A DNA stretch of 64,000 bases, taken from NCBI GenBank assembly GCA_003971905.1, contig RSEE01000155.1, positions 1 to 64,000 on the forward strand. The letters are read 5' to 3'. The notes under the pieces are model-generated. The model was given only the letters and a program-made list of their open reading frames with translations, made no database searches and had not been told where the DNA came from. A program made the position numbers and the translations under genes. Position 1 is the first letter of the stretch; every line of letters begins with the position of its first letter. Shown piece by piece: positions 41,184 through 54,047 of this stretch. This stretch comes from Moniliella sp. 'wahieum' (taxonomy: Eukaryota).

Positions 41184-43170
41184 TTAGTTGCGCCCGAGGA
41201 ACTGGTACAGCACGCGGCGGACCAAGCCCGAGAGGTGGTCAGGCTGGGCATAGGTGCCCATGACCAAGCTCATACCGGCCATGGCGAGGAGCAAGTCGCC
41301 ATGGGGCAGTTTCGGAGCCCAGCCTTGAGTGCGAGCCACGCGCCAGGCCGAGTCGAGCGCTTTGGGCAGCACGTACGCCGCCAGCTCAGAGCGACGTCGG
41401 GCGTCATCGACAAAGAGCGAGAGACCAGTGAGCATGCCTGCCGGGCCGGCCCAGTGCGGGCTGCCGAGCATGAGGATGAACGAGGTGGGCAGACGGTCGC
41501 GCAGCGCAGGCCGGGCCAAAATAAAGTGCTGCACGACGCGCGGGAAGCAAAATCCAAATTGCCACAAGTTGACAAACGCAGCGAGGAACAGCGACGAGCG
41601 CGCCGAGCCAAAGAGCGAGCGCAGGGTGATTTGCAGCGGCGTGCGCACAAATGCCTTGGTACGCAAAAAGAGCGCCGGGACAAAGTACAAGACGAGGTAG
41701 ACAGGCAAGATCCACTTGGCTACCAAGTAAGTCCGTAAAACCGGCTCCCATAGATGGTTCGTCGTGCGCGGGTGCATAAACGCGCACGGGAGATGGAGGA
41801 CCTTGTCGAGCGGGTCGACGGCCGGACCCTGGCCCGCTTCAAACGCCGCCGTCGCAGCTCGCACACGACGACTGGTATCCAGCACCTTGCGAAGCGCCAG
41901 TACGTTGCCAGCGGAGATGCCGACCACGTTCTGCTTGTTGGCTGGAACCGGGGCGTAGATGGGGTCGGAGGTGGCTGTGCCGGGCACCAGGGGCTGGGGG
42001 AACTCGCCGCCAGGGAAGAGACAGAGGATGTTTGGTCCGGCACTTGGCCCGTCGCAGTAACTTGGTCGATGGTGGTGAGCGCATTGCGGCACGCCTGCGA
42101 CGCATCGAGGATCCACTTGACGTAACCACGGTCCAAACTCGGTCGCGCATTGACCCAGGCCCACATGATTTGGCCACACGCCAAACCAAACACCAGCACC
42201 GCACCGTGGGGGACGTGCACGCGGCCCATATCTTCCAGGATGTTGTACGAGCCCTCGAGGCCGCGGACAAACAATTGTTGGCCAATCGACGTGCGCGTCG
42301 AGGAACTTTCGACGAGCAAGGCCAAGGCGCTAAGGGCACCAGCGACATAGGCGTGCCACACGCGCGCACGCGGGTCACGGAGGTACACGGGCCGACGCTG
42401 CCACAGCCGACGTTCGCGTTCCCTTTCCCATTCGCGCTGCTTGCGCTCCCCGCGTCCGATCGCACGCAACGTGGCCACTTGGTTGTCAGCATCGGATGTG
42501 GCGCGGGACCGCGCCGTGTCGCGCCGTTTGCCCGTCGGCGGCGGCGGCGGGGTGAGCAAGCGCAGCGTATTGCTCACCAGCTTGTACAGCAACGCCCACA
42601 GGCCCAGCATCGTGCCAAAGCGCACGTTGGCCGCCGAGGTGTAGGCGCGGAACAGGGTGCTGAAACGCACCTTGCCCCGGCGCAGCGACCCAATCAGAGC
42701 CAGCAAAAAAGATGGTCCCGCGCAGACCCCAGCTGACCAGCCCGGCACGCAGGCCGCCGCGCACGACATGCACCAGCAGGCGCTCCCAGTCGCCGGGCTC
42801 GCGCGCATTCTCCCCGCCCGGGCGCCAGATCTTGGGGGTGAGGGTGCGGTGGAGGCCCTTGGCAGCCTCGGCGAGGGAGACGGTGAGGCGGAGCGGGGGC
42901 GAGCTGGGGCGGAGGCGTGCGGGGTGCCGGGGTGGGTGGCGGGCACGGAGAGAGAGTCGGAGCGGCGGAGGTGGAGGGCGTTGATGGACAGGCTGCGGCG
43001 GATCTGCTGGGCGGTCTGGGCGAGGCCGGGGGTGGGCGGGCCGGAGAGGTAGGCCTGCAGCGCTCGTGCTCCTCCTCGTCCGAGTCGGCGGCGAGGGCCG
43101 CGGGGGGGGCGCGCGGGGGCGGCGGCGAGGCGGAGGGCGGGCTGACACGCAGCGTCGAGGGCGCAGCCAT
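41184..43170 (-). CDS. TMEM135-family membrane protein (frameshifted)
   Basis: HAYVAGALSALALL; QQLFVRGLEG; PHGAVLVFGLACGQIMWAW; PCAFMHP; RRSELAAYVLPKALDSAW. ATG at 43170. Confidence 0.85.
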
Positions 43171-43320
43171 GGCCAGGAGGGGGCGAGAAGGAGCAGCGAG
43201 CAGCAAGCGGTGGGGGGTAGACGTTCGACGTTGCACGCAGCCTGGGGAGGGTGGGGCCCAGACTGGCGCGCCGCCTCCTGCCTCGCATCTGAGATCTCGG
43301 CTGTCCGATCGGTCTTCGGT

Positions 43321-43381
43321 CTTCAAGCTTCAAGCTTCAAGCTTCAAGCTTCAAGCTTCAAGCTTCAAGCTTCAAGCTTCA
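43321..43381. repeat. (CTTCAAG)8 heptamer microsatellite (AAGCTT + C)
   Basis: Eight perfect units plus CTTCA, upstream of TMEM135. Confidence 0.97.
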
Positions 43382-43903
43382 CTCGCATGGGCCATTGGTC
43401 ATCGGTCACCGGTCATCCGCCGTCCATCCCATGCACTCATGCGCCGCCCCCTCGCAGCCCAGACCGAAGGCCGAGACCCTGCGCAGACGTGCCAGAAGCC
43501 AAAGCCCCCCGCAGGCGCGCATTGCAATGTTGAAATGGGCTCGGCTGTCGGCTGGTGCCCCACGGCGTCTGTCTGATGCATGATGCCGATGATGCAGCGT
43601 TGCTGACGCATTTCCTGACACCCACTGCCCACTGTCCACACCAGCCGCAGCACATAGATACAGCACAACAAGTACATCACACGTCACGTGCCCTAACGCC
43701 TACCGCCATCGCGGGGCAAGCGCCCCACAAGCACAGCACGCCCCTCAGCTCAGCCTGGCGGGCTGGCACGCCGACATGGCGCGCCTCAACTAACCCTCAA
43801 CTCAACGCCCAGGCGCTGAGGCTCAGCGCTGAGGCTCAGCCCGCTCAACCCGGGCCAGGCCCTCCCGCTCGCCCCGCTCGCCTGGCAGACCATCCATCAT
43901 CCA

Positions 43904-45476
43904 TCAGGCGGTCACGGCCACTCGCGTCGTAGAGCTCTTCATAGAACCAGAAGCGTATTCTGGGCAACGAGCAGCGCCCCCGCCCCCCCCATCGTCGCTT
44001 CCAACCTTTCCGCTTTCATCAGCAAACCTCAGCCGGGCAAGCCCGGCAGGATGGCAGTCCCCGTGGGCGCACGATTCCTCGTCCACGAGGGCACGAAGGA
44101 ACCGTCTGTGTCTTGTGCTTCGCCCGCGGCGGGGCGAACGTCGAGGCGAGGCAAGCAGCCAGATAGTGGTGGGTCCTGGAGCAATCCATCGGAATGCCTG
44201 GCGTGCGCGTGCGACAAGGACATAGAGTGGGTCGACGACGGCGACACGCCCGCCGCCTCGTCGTCCGAGATAAAGTCCCCCGGTCCCAACCCGAGTTGCG
44301 AGCGCGCCTTGTGCACTTCGTCGCGCCTCCACTGCGCCGTTGCCTGTTTGCCCACGGCGCCGCGACATGGTCCTCAAACGCGGTGTGGGCGTGTCCATCG
44401 GGATCCTGCTTGCGCGCCAGGGCGGCCAGGTTGCGCATCCGAGTGCCCGCTCGCACAGCCAACACGGCAGCGCGTAACCGTCTCCGATGGTTCGCGTGCA
44501 GCGCCGAGGAGATATCGGTGGTGGCTGCGCGCCCGTTGTCGAAAGCCAGGGATGAGCGAGCGCTTGGGCAGCCGTGATGCGTTGGTTCGGATCGAGGGTG
44601 AGGCAGCGCTGGGCAAACTCTTTGGCTGGCGAACTAATGTGGGACCAGTGGCGCGGGTGGAACGGGATCTTGCCCGCCTTGGTCTCGGCTGCGAGCAACT
44701 TGGGGTCGTCGGTACGGAATGGCGCGTAGCCGCATAGGAGCGTATAAGTGATCACGCCTAGGCTCCACAGATCCACCGGCGTGCCATGGCCTTGGCCCAA
44801 TAAGATTTCCGGTGCGGCATAGCCCAACGAGCCGGCGGCCGAGGTGAGTTGGTCCGTGGCGAATGCAGTGCCCTGGCAATGCCAAAATCCACCAGGACGA
44901 CATTGGCGTCGTGTGCGGGGGAGCGGAAGAGGATGTTCTCGGGTTTGACATCGCGGTGTACCACGCCATGTGCATGGAGGTAGGCCAAGGCACTCGCAAT
45001 CGATCGCACAATGTCCGCCGCATCGCGCTCGGAAAATTTGCCCCGCGCCACCAGGCAGTCAAACAGCTCCCCATCAGCCAACTCAAATACGAGGTAGTAC
45101 TTGGTCCGGCTGCTGAACCAGTCCAGCAGACGCACCACGTGCGGGTGCGGTGGCGAAAGGGAAGCCAAGACGCCAATTTCCAGCTCGACATAGTCCAGGT
45201 GGCCCTTGAGCACTTTTTTGGAATCACCTTGACCGCCACTTTTTGCCCTGGGACAACATGCGACTCTCGCGCGCCAAACGAGCGACTGTCCGTGCGCACC
45301 GTCCCCTCCGCGGGGGGCGTGAGGCCTGCAGCGAGAGGCAAACTGGGCGAACCGATCCGGGTGGCAAGACGCACAGCGCCAAACGTGCCCTCCCCGAGGG
45401 TAGGGCCAAAGACATACTCTTTCTTGCGGCTGTAGTTTTCAGGCTGGCGACCGAGCAGGCTCTTGACGTTGACCAT
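43904..45476 (-). CDS. Ca2+/calmodulin-dependent protein kinase (CAMK1/Cmk-like; frameshifted; 3' end approximate)
   Basis: QPENYSRKKEY..LGEGTFGAV; VAVKVI; GELFD; HRDVKPENIL; DFGIA; GYAAPE; DLWSLGVITYTLLCGY. Confidence 0.9.
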
Positions 45477-46495
45477 TGGTTGGACAGAAAATAGCGACGC
45501 GCATCGGCCGGCGATGTGTCCGTCTGTTCTGGAGACGAAAAGAGAGCCCGATCCCTCCCTCGGTGACCGTACGCTGCTGTTGGTTGCCGTCGTCTGCGCA
45601 CTGAACGAGCAGCGCCTCTCCAAACCTGAGGCCTCAGGCCCTCAGGCCTCCGGGCCTCACTGGTCCTGGTCCAGCTAGTCCCTAGTCACCGTCACCGTCA
45701 CCTCCGCTGGGGCTTGGGTAGGCGCTAGCTCTGGCCCACGGATTGGGGTGGGCGCTGTGTCGCCCTGCGCTGGCTGGCCGCGGCGCGCCAACGTCATGCA
45801 CGTCATGCTCGACTCAGCATTGCGCAGCATCCATCATCCATCCCGTGCATCCCCCATCCCCTCGTACGGTATCACATAGCCCATGTCACATATCACACGG
45901 GATGTCACGTGTCACGTGGTACGTCGCAATGTCGCATGTCGCATGTCACACCACCCGTCGCTGGCTAAATTTCTGCCCCCGACCCGCGCCGGGCTCCAGC
46001 CATCGGCCGCAGCCAGTCCAACCGCGCGTGCGTGCGAGCCACTACCACCTGACCAGCAAACGCGATGCAACGCTTGATGCATGCGCGTGCCACGCATGCC
46101 ATGTCAATGTCACACGTCACATGTCAATGTCATTCGTGCCCGACGCGCCACGCCCCCAACGTCAACTAGAGCACAGGCGACGGCCTCGAGCTCCGTGGTT
46201 CCCGTGCAGGAAGCGTGCCTGGCGACGGGGGCTGTCTTCCCTCAGGCCTCAGGCCCTGCCTGAGGCCTCAGCCTGAGGACTGGGCCCCGCACGCGGATGA
46301 GGTTGGCCGCGGCCATCGGAAGACCAGGCCGCCTCCACCATCCTAAACAATACCAAAGGTGCAAAGGGGGCTAGTAAGCCCTCCACACCCCCTCGTTTCC
46401 CGCCTTGCGCCCCGGCCACGGGAGTGAGCTCAAAAGAACGAAAAAAACACACACGTCCGAGGCGGCCCGCACCCTAAGGCCTAACCGCTAACCCC

Positions 46496-47343
46496 TCAAA
46501 TCTCCTCTTCCTCCTCTTCCTCTTGCTCGTCGAACAAGTCCAGCTCGGGAAAGTCACCGACGCGGACCTTGTCCGGGCGGACAAACCCGCCGTACTTGGG
46601 CAGCGTTTCAAAGTACCGTTTGCCTGCGACGACCGAACCATCGTTCGCGCCCACCGGCTCGTCGTACTGCACCCCGACCCAAATGCCCGTGGCGCGCGGG
46701 CGCCCGGCCGCGGCGCAGGCATCTCAGCCTCGCCTACGAACCGCACCGTGCCGCGTGCAGGCCCCGTGGCCCGGTCCACCTCGCACCGGTCCCCGACGTG
46801 GATCGCCTGCGCAGCAGGTGCAGCATGGGGAAGTGGGAGCCTGCTGCGTCTGCTGAGCCTGGTGCGCCCGCACAGCCGCCAACTGCGCACGCACCGTGTT
46901 GCTCCGCTTCTCGTACTCTTCCTGGCTCATCTCGTACTTGGGAACGCTTTCGTCGTCGGCTAGGTCGGCGGTGCGAGCGGCTTGGAGCCAGGCGGGGGCG
47001 GCGCCTTGGACCTGCGCGAGTCAGTGGGCTGCGGGCTGCGGGCTGCGGGGGTGAGGCTGGGAGGGGGGGGGGAGAACAGGAAACGTACGATGATTACCGA
47101 ACCTGTTTGCACGCCGTAGTCGTACAGCGTTCGACTCTCGTCCGCGAGGGCTACCACTCCGGACGCCTGCTCCAGCAGCAACGTTTGCCCAGAGGGCGGG
47201 ATGCCGGTGATCTGCTCCAGCGTGCCCTGCAGTTGGAAGATGGGAACGCCAGCAGACAGGTAGCGTTCCATGTCGATGCCGACGCTGGGCGCACGCAGGT
47301 GCACCTTGACGCCACCGCTTCCCGACGACAGGATCTGGGCCAT
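46496..47343 (-). CDS. ALF1: Tubulin-folding cofactor B (UBL + CAP-Gly; intron ~46960-47088; frameshifted)
   Basis: UBL-like [66 protein letters not shown]; acidic end [13 protein letters not shown]. Confidence 0.88.
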
Positions 47344-48547
47344 AGTGCGGGCGAATGTGCTGGGGGCAGTCCGGCCGAGGAGGTGGTGGGGCGCAAAGCA
47401 CTTTGGGGGATTGGTCTTCTGTGCACGTGGCGCCAGGGGTGGATTGAATGTTTCATCGCCTGGCGCCACCGCTGGGGCAAATCCGAGGCTACAGCGTCAG
47501 AGGTGTGGGGCAAAAGGCACTCGGCGGTGTTGGAGAGACATAGCTCCAAGCGCACAGACAATACCCCGGCTGTCCAAAACGGATTGACCGATCAGAGTGG
47601 TACCCGTTACGAGGGCTGTAGGTATGGTGGTGGTACTGCTCTTACCTTATCTACAGCCCAGGTCGTAGCCAGGTGGTGTCCCGCCTGCAATGGCTTAGTT
47701 GACTCGGGCTGACACTGGCCAATCACCGTGCCGAGGAAAAGAACCGGTGCTATATATAGTTAGTACGCACGACGATCCTGCACCTCTCTCACATATGAAT
47801 AAGAGAGGCGGAGACGATGTGTGTTCATTTCTACTCCCCTTGGTCATGGGTATGTGATCGAGGCCACACTCACCTGGCCCCCCCACCCCTAATGCCCATC
47901 ACGGGAGGAAACATGTATGGCAAGTCTGATGGGATTATTCTTTTGCGCATTTGCATGCCGCACCATAGTATAGGAATGCTGCGCAGTAAGTCTCGGTGAG
48001 TGGAGCCGGTGCTGGCGCGCCCCAAGAATGAGGTTGGGCCGGTGGCCGCGCAAATTCGAGCGAGAGCCATGCAGGCGGGCGGGGGGAAGGGGGGGGGCGT
48101 GGATCAACAGAGTGAAGACGAGAGAGATGCGTGCTATGGTTCCACGGACGGAAGAAAAGAGCGAATGTAGAGGTCTGCTATCTATACTTAGCACAGCACA
48201 GGGGTATATTCCTGGGCCGAGGACGAGAGACAGCCGGGGGAGGAAAGGGCCGGTTGGGGAGCAGGCGATGGTTAATCCCAGTGATTGTGCCGGGGAGTGT
48301 GACGTGGCACGTGACATTGCCATGCATGTGCTGCCTGGGCTGATGATGTCATCCATCTGATGCCTGAGCAGGCTGAGTACTGAGTCCCGGCAGATTGAAC
48401 GTTTGCACTAATGCGGACGGGCAAGGCGCGGTTGGGTGCGAACGAGGCAATGGGTTCCATCAGCACCGGCCGAACTGAACCCATGCGCACACTACGCCGC
48501 CACGGCTCAGACGCATCCATCCGCCCCGCTCCCCCCCCACCATCCCC

Positions 48548-51500
48548 ATGTCCCTCTTCCGCCCCCACAATGATACCCCCAACGGCTCCTTTGTCCACAG
48601 CAACAGCCTCCGCCGCGCGCCCCGGCCCTCCACCTCCAAGTCCCTCCGCCGCCCGGCGGCCAGCACGCTGCCCAACCGGCACGAGCGCATGCGCCGTGCG
48701 CTCGACGATGCCGCTGCCCTGGACCGTGATTCTGCCGGGTCCGATTCGGGCAGTTCGGGCGACGAGGCACCAGCGCCGCCGCCATCACATGCCATCCCGT
48801 CTTCGCTGGCGCCCGATACGACCGCGCTGTATTCCCTCGATGCGCCGAGCCATGGCAGCTTGCGTCTGGACGAGGTGGAGCGGGACGCGTCGGCTGCGCC
48901 TGCTGTGGCGGCACCGCCATTACCTGATTCACGTGTCCCTGCCCGGGATCCAATCGCCCCGTCGGCTCGGCACCCGGCGCACCAGGCACCGAGGTGCTGC
49001 CGACCCAGTCGCCGCTCCCACTTGCGCTGCGCCAAGTCATCTCGACCTCGACCCAGCCCGCGTTGATTCGCAGTGCCAGTCCCGCCAAGCCTGCTCAAGC
49101 CTTGGTTTCTCCCGCCTCGGCCAATGGCCACAACCCCGTGACGGCCGCTGCGTCGGCAGCTGCCTTCCCCCTCGCCTCTGTCTCTGCCGGGTCTGCTTCT
49201 GCTTCCGGTGCCGAGTCGAGCGAGCGGAGCGAGCCTGCGGTCGCTCCTGTTGTCGCCCTGTCTGACCCTAAGGACGGCAAGGCGGACGAAGATGGGATCA
49301 GTGAGGGGCTGCGCAACGCGCTCTCCACGGCACTGGACACGACCCGTTTAACTTCGATGGAGCCAGTGGAGGATGAGAGCGATTCGGATGCCAGTCCGTG
49401 GGCCAGCACGCGCGCCTGGCAGACCGACCCGGCCGCAGTGGAGCACCAAATCACCGGCTTTGCCGTCGCCTCGTCCAAGCGCAACGCCGAGTTTCACGCC
49501 ATCTTTGCCGATGCGCCCGAAGACGATTATTTGATTGAAGGTGGGTTTGGGCGGAAAAACTTGCTTGGGCTGGCTGCGCCTAGCTAGCGGTTGCCCAACT
49601 GAGTGCCTGAGTGCTTGAGTACCTGAGTACCGAGTGTGAGACCTGAGATCTGAGTTACTGACCCCATTCATTGTCGTATCGTAGATTATGGCTGCGCTTT
49701 GGTCCGCGACATTTTGCACCAGGGGCGTCTGTACGTTTCGGAGAACCACTTGTGCTTCAACTCGAACATTTTTGGCTGGGTGACCAACCTGGTTGTGCCC
49801 TTTGCCGACATTGTCTCGATCGAGAAGCGCAACACGGCACTTGTGATTCCCAATGCGATCACTGTGGCCACATTAACTGCCAAGGTACGTGATGTGCTCT
49901 GTGGTTCCTCTCCTCGCTACCGATTTCGCTCTGCTTTCCTCTGCCTTTGCCTGCCTTCCTAACCCACCCCACCACCCTACCTGCCCGTGCTGATGTACCG
50001 AGCGTGCAGTATACGTTTGCCTCCTTTCTTTCGCGCGATGGACGTACGATGTGATTCGGAACATTTGGAAGCTGTCGCATCCGTCGCTGGCCACAGGGCT
50101 GGCGGGAGCGCGCGACACGGACGAAGAAAGTGGTGCGGAGGCGACGGCTGAGGCGCGGTCCAAGGCGCGCTGTCCAAGCGCGCCCGGCTCCGGCGTAAGT
50201 TTATGGAGCGTAGGGAGAAACGGAGGAGACAAGGCATGGGCTCGGACGAAGATGGCGATGCGTTGTCGGAGGACGGGTTGTCGTTGTCCTCGTCTTCCTC
50301 GGAGGAGGAGGAGGAGGAGAAAGCGACGCAGAAGGCAGATGGGCCTGCGGCGAAACGGTCACGTCGACGACTGCACCCGACCGACGAGTGCGAAGATGGG
50401 AAGCGCAAAGAACATTATCCCAATGTGGTCATGGACGCCATCTTCCCCACGAGTGTGGAGACGTTGCACAACCTTCTCTTCACCACGGATTTCGTACGGA
50501 CGTTTTTGGTGGAGAACCAAAAAGTGTTGGATGTCGAGATTGGCGAGTGGGAAAAGGGGGAACAAGGCATGACCCGCTCCGTGGCCTACATCAAACCGTT
50601 GAATGCGTCGATTGGACCTAAGCAAGCCAAGTGCGTCATCTCGGAAACGTCATTGCACGTCGACCCAGCCCAGTACACCACCACCCTCACCACCACCCGC
50701 ACCCCCGACGTTCCCTCTGGCGGCTCGTTTTCAGTCAAGACGCGCACCTGCCTTACCTGGGCCGGAGGCTGGCGGACCAAATTGCATGTGACCTGTGCGG
50801 TCGAGTGGACCGGACGAAGCTTCATTCGCAGTGCGTACCCTCCCCCCTTTTTTTTCCGCCATCACAGATGGCGTCAAAGCCAAAGCGTCAACAAGGATTA
50901 GTGAACTGACGCGGACGCAGGTGTGATTGATCGGGCGTCGATTGAGGGACAAAAGGAGTACTACAAGGCGCTGCACAAGGCGATTGAGGAGTACATGCAT
51001 GCGCATGCGAATGAGTTTAAGGACCAAGAAGCCGACGAGGGCGAGGAAGAGATGGAGGAGGAAGAGGAGGAGGATCAGGCCTCCCTCGCTTCGCGCCACG
51101 CGAGTGTGGCAAGTAGTGTGGAGCCGGTGGGAACGGGCGGGGGAAGCAGCTTGGGTGCGCGGTTCTGGGAGGGGGGGCAGGGTGGTGCGTACGCTGGTGG
51201 ATCAGGTACGCCAAGCGTCGCTTACCACCCTCGTCCTCTCGGCCATGGTGGTGGTTCTGCTGGGGCTGAATATCTGGGCCATGCGCTCGGCGGACCGAGG
51301 CGGGCGGGCGGGGGAACGGGTGGCCAGTGGAACGGGTACGACAAGATGAGGCCGTGCTGGGCCAGGCGTTGCGACAAGCGCTCCACCAAGCCCTCTTTCC
51401 TCCGGACCAGCTGCCTGGTCACCAAGCCGACTCGCCACGCGATCAGGCAACTCGCCTCGCCCTCCTCTTGGAGCGCCAGGAACGTCAAGTCCAAACTCTC

Positions 51501-51560
51501 CGTGCTGAATTGGCCCGGGTGGTGGAACGTGTGGTGACAGCGGAGCACCCAAGTCGCTGA
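48548..51560 (+). CDS. GRAM + VASt sterol transfer protein (Lam/Ysp2 family), copy B (introns ~49541-49684, 49885-50009, 50831-50920)
   Basis: ITGFAVASSKRNAEFHAIF; QGRLYVSENHLCFNSNIFGWVT; YIKPLNASIGPKQAKC; TRTPDVPSGGSFSVKTRTC; C-terminal hydrophobic segment and coiled coil. Confidence 0.93.
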
Positions 51561-51836
51561 ATGGTTCCGCCTCTGTCTCTCGCCTCGGTCGACCGCCCTA
51601 CTTGCCCCCAGGAACGCGCTTGCTGCAACCTAGCTCTCTGCATGCCCTTAATTACATGGTGAAATGGATGCTGTACAAAGAACGGGATCAAGGGCAAGGG
51701 TACAAGGATGATGCTAGAGACATGCCCCAACAACGGGGGGGAGGGGATGAGGGGGGTACAGGGTCATACGCAGGGAGGAGGAGGTAGAGGTAGAGGTAGA
51801 GGTAGCGGGGGAGGGGGGGGGGGGAGCAAGAGAGAA

Positions 51837-52920
51837 CTAAAATGCTTGGTAGCCCGCCTTGTTGGTTTTCGCTGGGGGTGGGGAAGCAGGTTAGGCTTGG
51901 AGGCGAACGAGTCGGCTTCAGAGCCGTAATAAATGGGTTCCTTGACTTGCCACGCGGCCACCTTGGTGCCGACGGAGAACTCGAGGTCTTCCCGGGTAAT
52001 GTCGTCCCAGAATTGTACACCATCATGATGGCAAAGAGGATGGCCAGCGTGCCAAAAATAGGCCGTCGACGTAATGTTTTGTGCCGGAGCACACGTCGGT
52101 CGAGACGCCCATCATCAGTACCAAGCCTCCGACGAAGAAGATGGTGGCACAAGCCAAGTCGCCCAGCGGCCACAATGTATCGAGTGTGCGCAACACAATC
52201 CAGACCTGGGTAACCAGCCAAATCGCAATAAAGATGAGGGCACAATGAGATGGACGACATAGAGCCCCACATGGTGCTGAGGGTTGAGACTGCCCCCCCA
52301 CCCTTTAAACGTAGCGGCGGCGACGACAAAGCCAACGACCCAAAGCACCAGCGTGGTGCCATACATGGACAAGAGTGACTGTCGCGTCCCGTCTTCCCAG
52401 AACTGAAAACCCGACAAAGCCATTGACCATCAGACACCACGACAGGGCCAAGACCAGGCCGACATGGACGGATACGATCCATATGTATCCGCCCGAGTAC
52501 GTGGGGATGACGGCCGAGTCGAGAAAGATGCCGAGGATCTCCTCGATGAGGTAGAGGTAAAAGAACAGGCTGATCTCACGCCGTCCCACCGCGGTGTACT
52601 TGGAGCGAATGTGGTAGAGCATGATGGCCACCATGAAGAAGGCAAAGATATGGATGACACAGGTGGCTGTCGGCGCAGGCAGGGCAGGTGGGCAGGTGGG
52701 AAGCCGGGGTCAGCGTTCCGCCACGTTCCTTCCTTGCCCATGGGAGGGGGTTAGGGGGGGGGGGAAGCAACGCACCGCATTGGAAGACGAGGGTGCTGCC
52801 GAGCTGGACGGTGCGGGCATAGCATGTCGGCACAATGCCCGCGTCCGAGTTGAGCAGCGGACAGGGCAGCAACGCCACCTCCTGGCACAGGCCCGTGTAG
52901 TTTCCCACCTGGAACGGCAT
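51837..52920 (-). CDS. CHS7: Chs7 chitin synthase export chaperone, copy B (1 intron, same position as in copy A)
   Basis: [53 protein letters not shown]; ends KAGYQAF*. Confidence 0.92.
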
Positions 52921-52950
52921 TGGAGGTGGGAGTGGGGGTGGGAGCGGGAG

Positions 52951-53022
52951 TGGAGGTGGAGGTGGAGGTGGAGGTGGAGGTGGAGGTGGAGGTGGAGGTG
53001 GAGGTGGAGGTGGAGGTGGAGG
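52951..53022. repeat. (TGGAGG)12 hexamer microsatellite just upstream of the CHS7-B ATG
   Basis: Twelve perfect units. Confidence 0.95.
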
Positions 53023-54047
53023 GGAGGCGCAAGGGCCGGGCAGGGCAACCAGCGGCAAGCGCAGCAGCACCACCAAACACGTACTTGTTTGGTCGATGAG
53101 CTGGGGCTGAGCGCTGAGGCTCAGCAACCCACGGGGGGTACTCTACTGCGCGACAGCGTCCATGGCGGAGAGACCGGCATGGTGCGCTGGGGGGGCTAGG
53201 CACTGGGCTGCCGCCGCCTCCCGCGTCGCCTGTCACATGTCACATGTCACGCGTCACGCCTGTGCATCATGCAGTTACCCATTAAGGATGGGCGTTGGGC
53301 ATCCGCCGCCTCTGCCGCCCTGCGCCTGCTCGCTTCGGCGCACAGCCGCTGCAGCACGGCGCCCCTCTGCCCCGCCCTCGCTCTCCCTCTGCAGGCCATC
53401 GCCATGAACCATGGCCATCGCCACCGCACTGCCCCCCGGCCACACTGCGCATCCGCTCGCCCCAAGCGGCCTCCCCGGTCGGCGCCCCTCGCTCCCACGC
53501 CCGCAGCCCACCACACTCCCGGCCAATCATCATCTCATCACCAGTCACTCACTCATCTTGCAAAATCCCACCGATCGTCTCCCCACCCCGCTTTCCGCCC
53601 CCGCACCCGGCATCAGTCGGGCACAGCCTGGCACAGCAGCCAAGCTCCCAGCCACCCGCATCCTGCCCCATCATGCATCAGACACCATCGTCATCATGCA
53701 TCAACATCCATCGAATCCACCATCTTGCTCCTCAGACAGGCCATGTGCACCGTCACCCCTTCGGTCAGGATACCATGCCCATCCTACTTTCCCATCCTGT
53801 TCCACGCCGCCTTCCTTTCTCCTGCCCATCTCTCCTCGATCCCCCACCAACCGATGGCACACAACCCAATTCTACCCAGTGCGTCATCTGGCCTATCCAG
53901 CCGAGCAGGCTTTAGCCGAGGGGGATGGGGAAAAGGAGCATTATACCACAAAAGGAGGGGGAAAAAAAAAAAAAAGAAGGTAGGGCAGCCCGCCCTGAAG
54001 CCTGAGAGAAGATCCATGCGCAGTGGCCAAGTCAGTCCGCGTCAATG

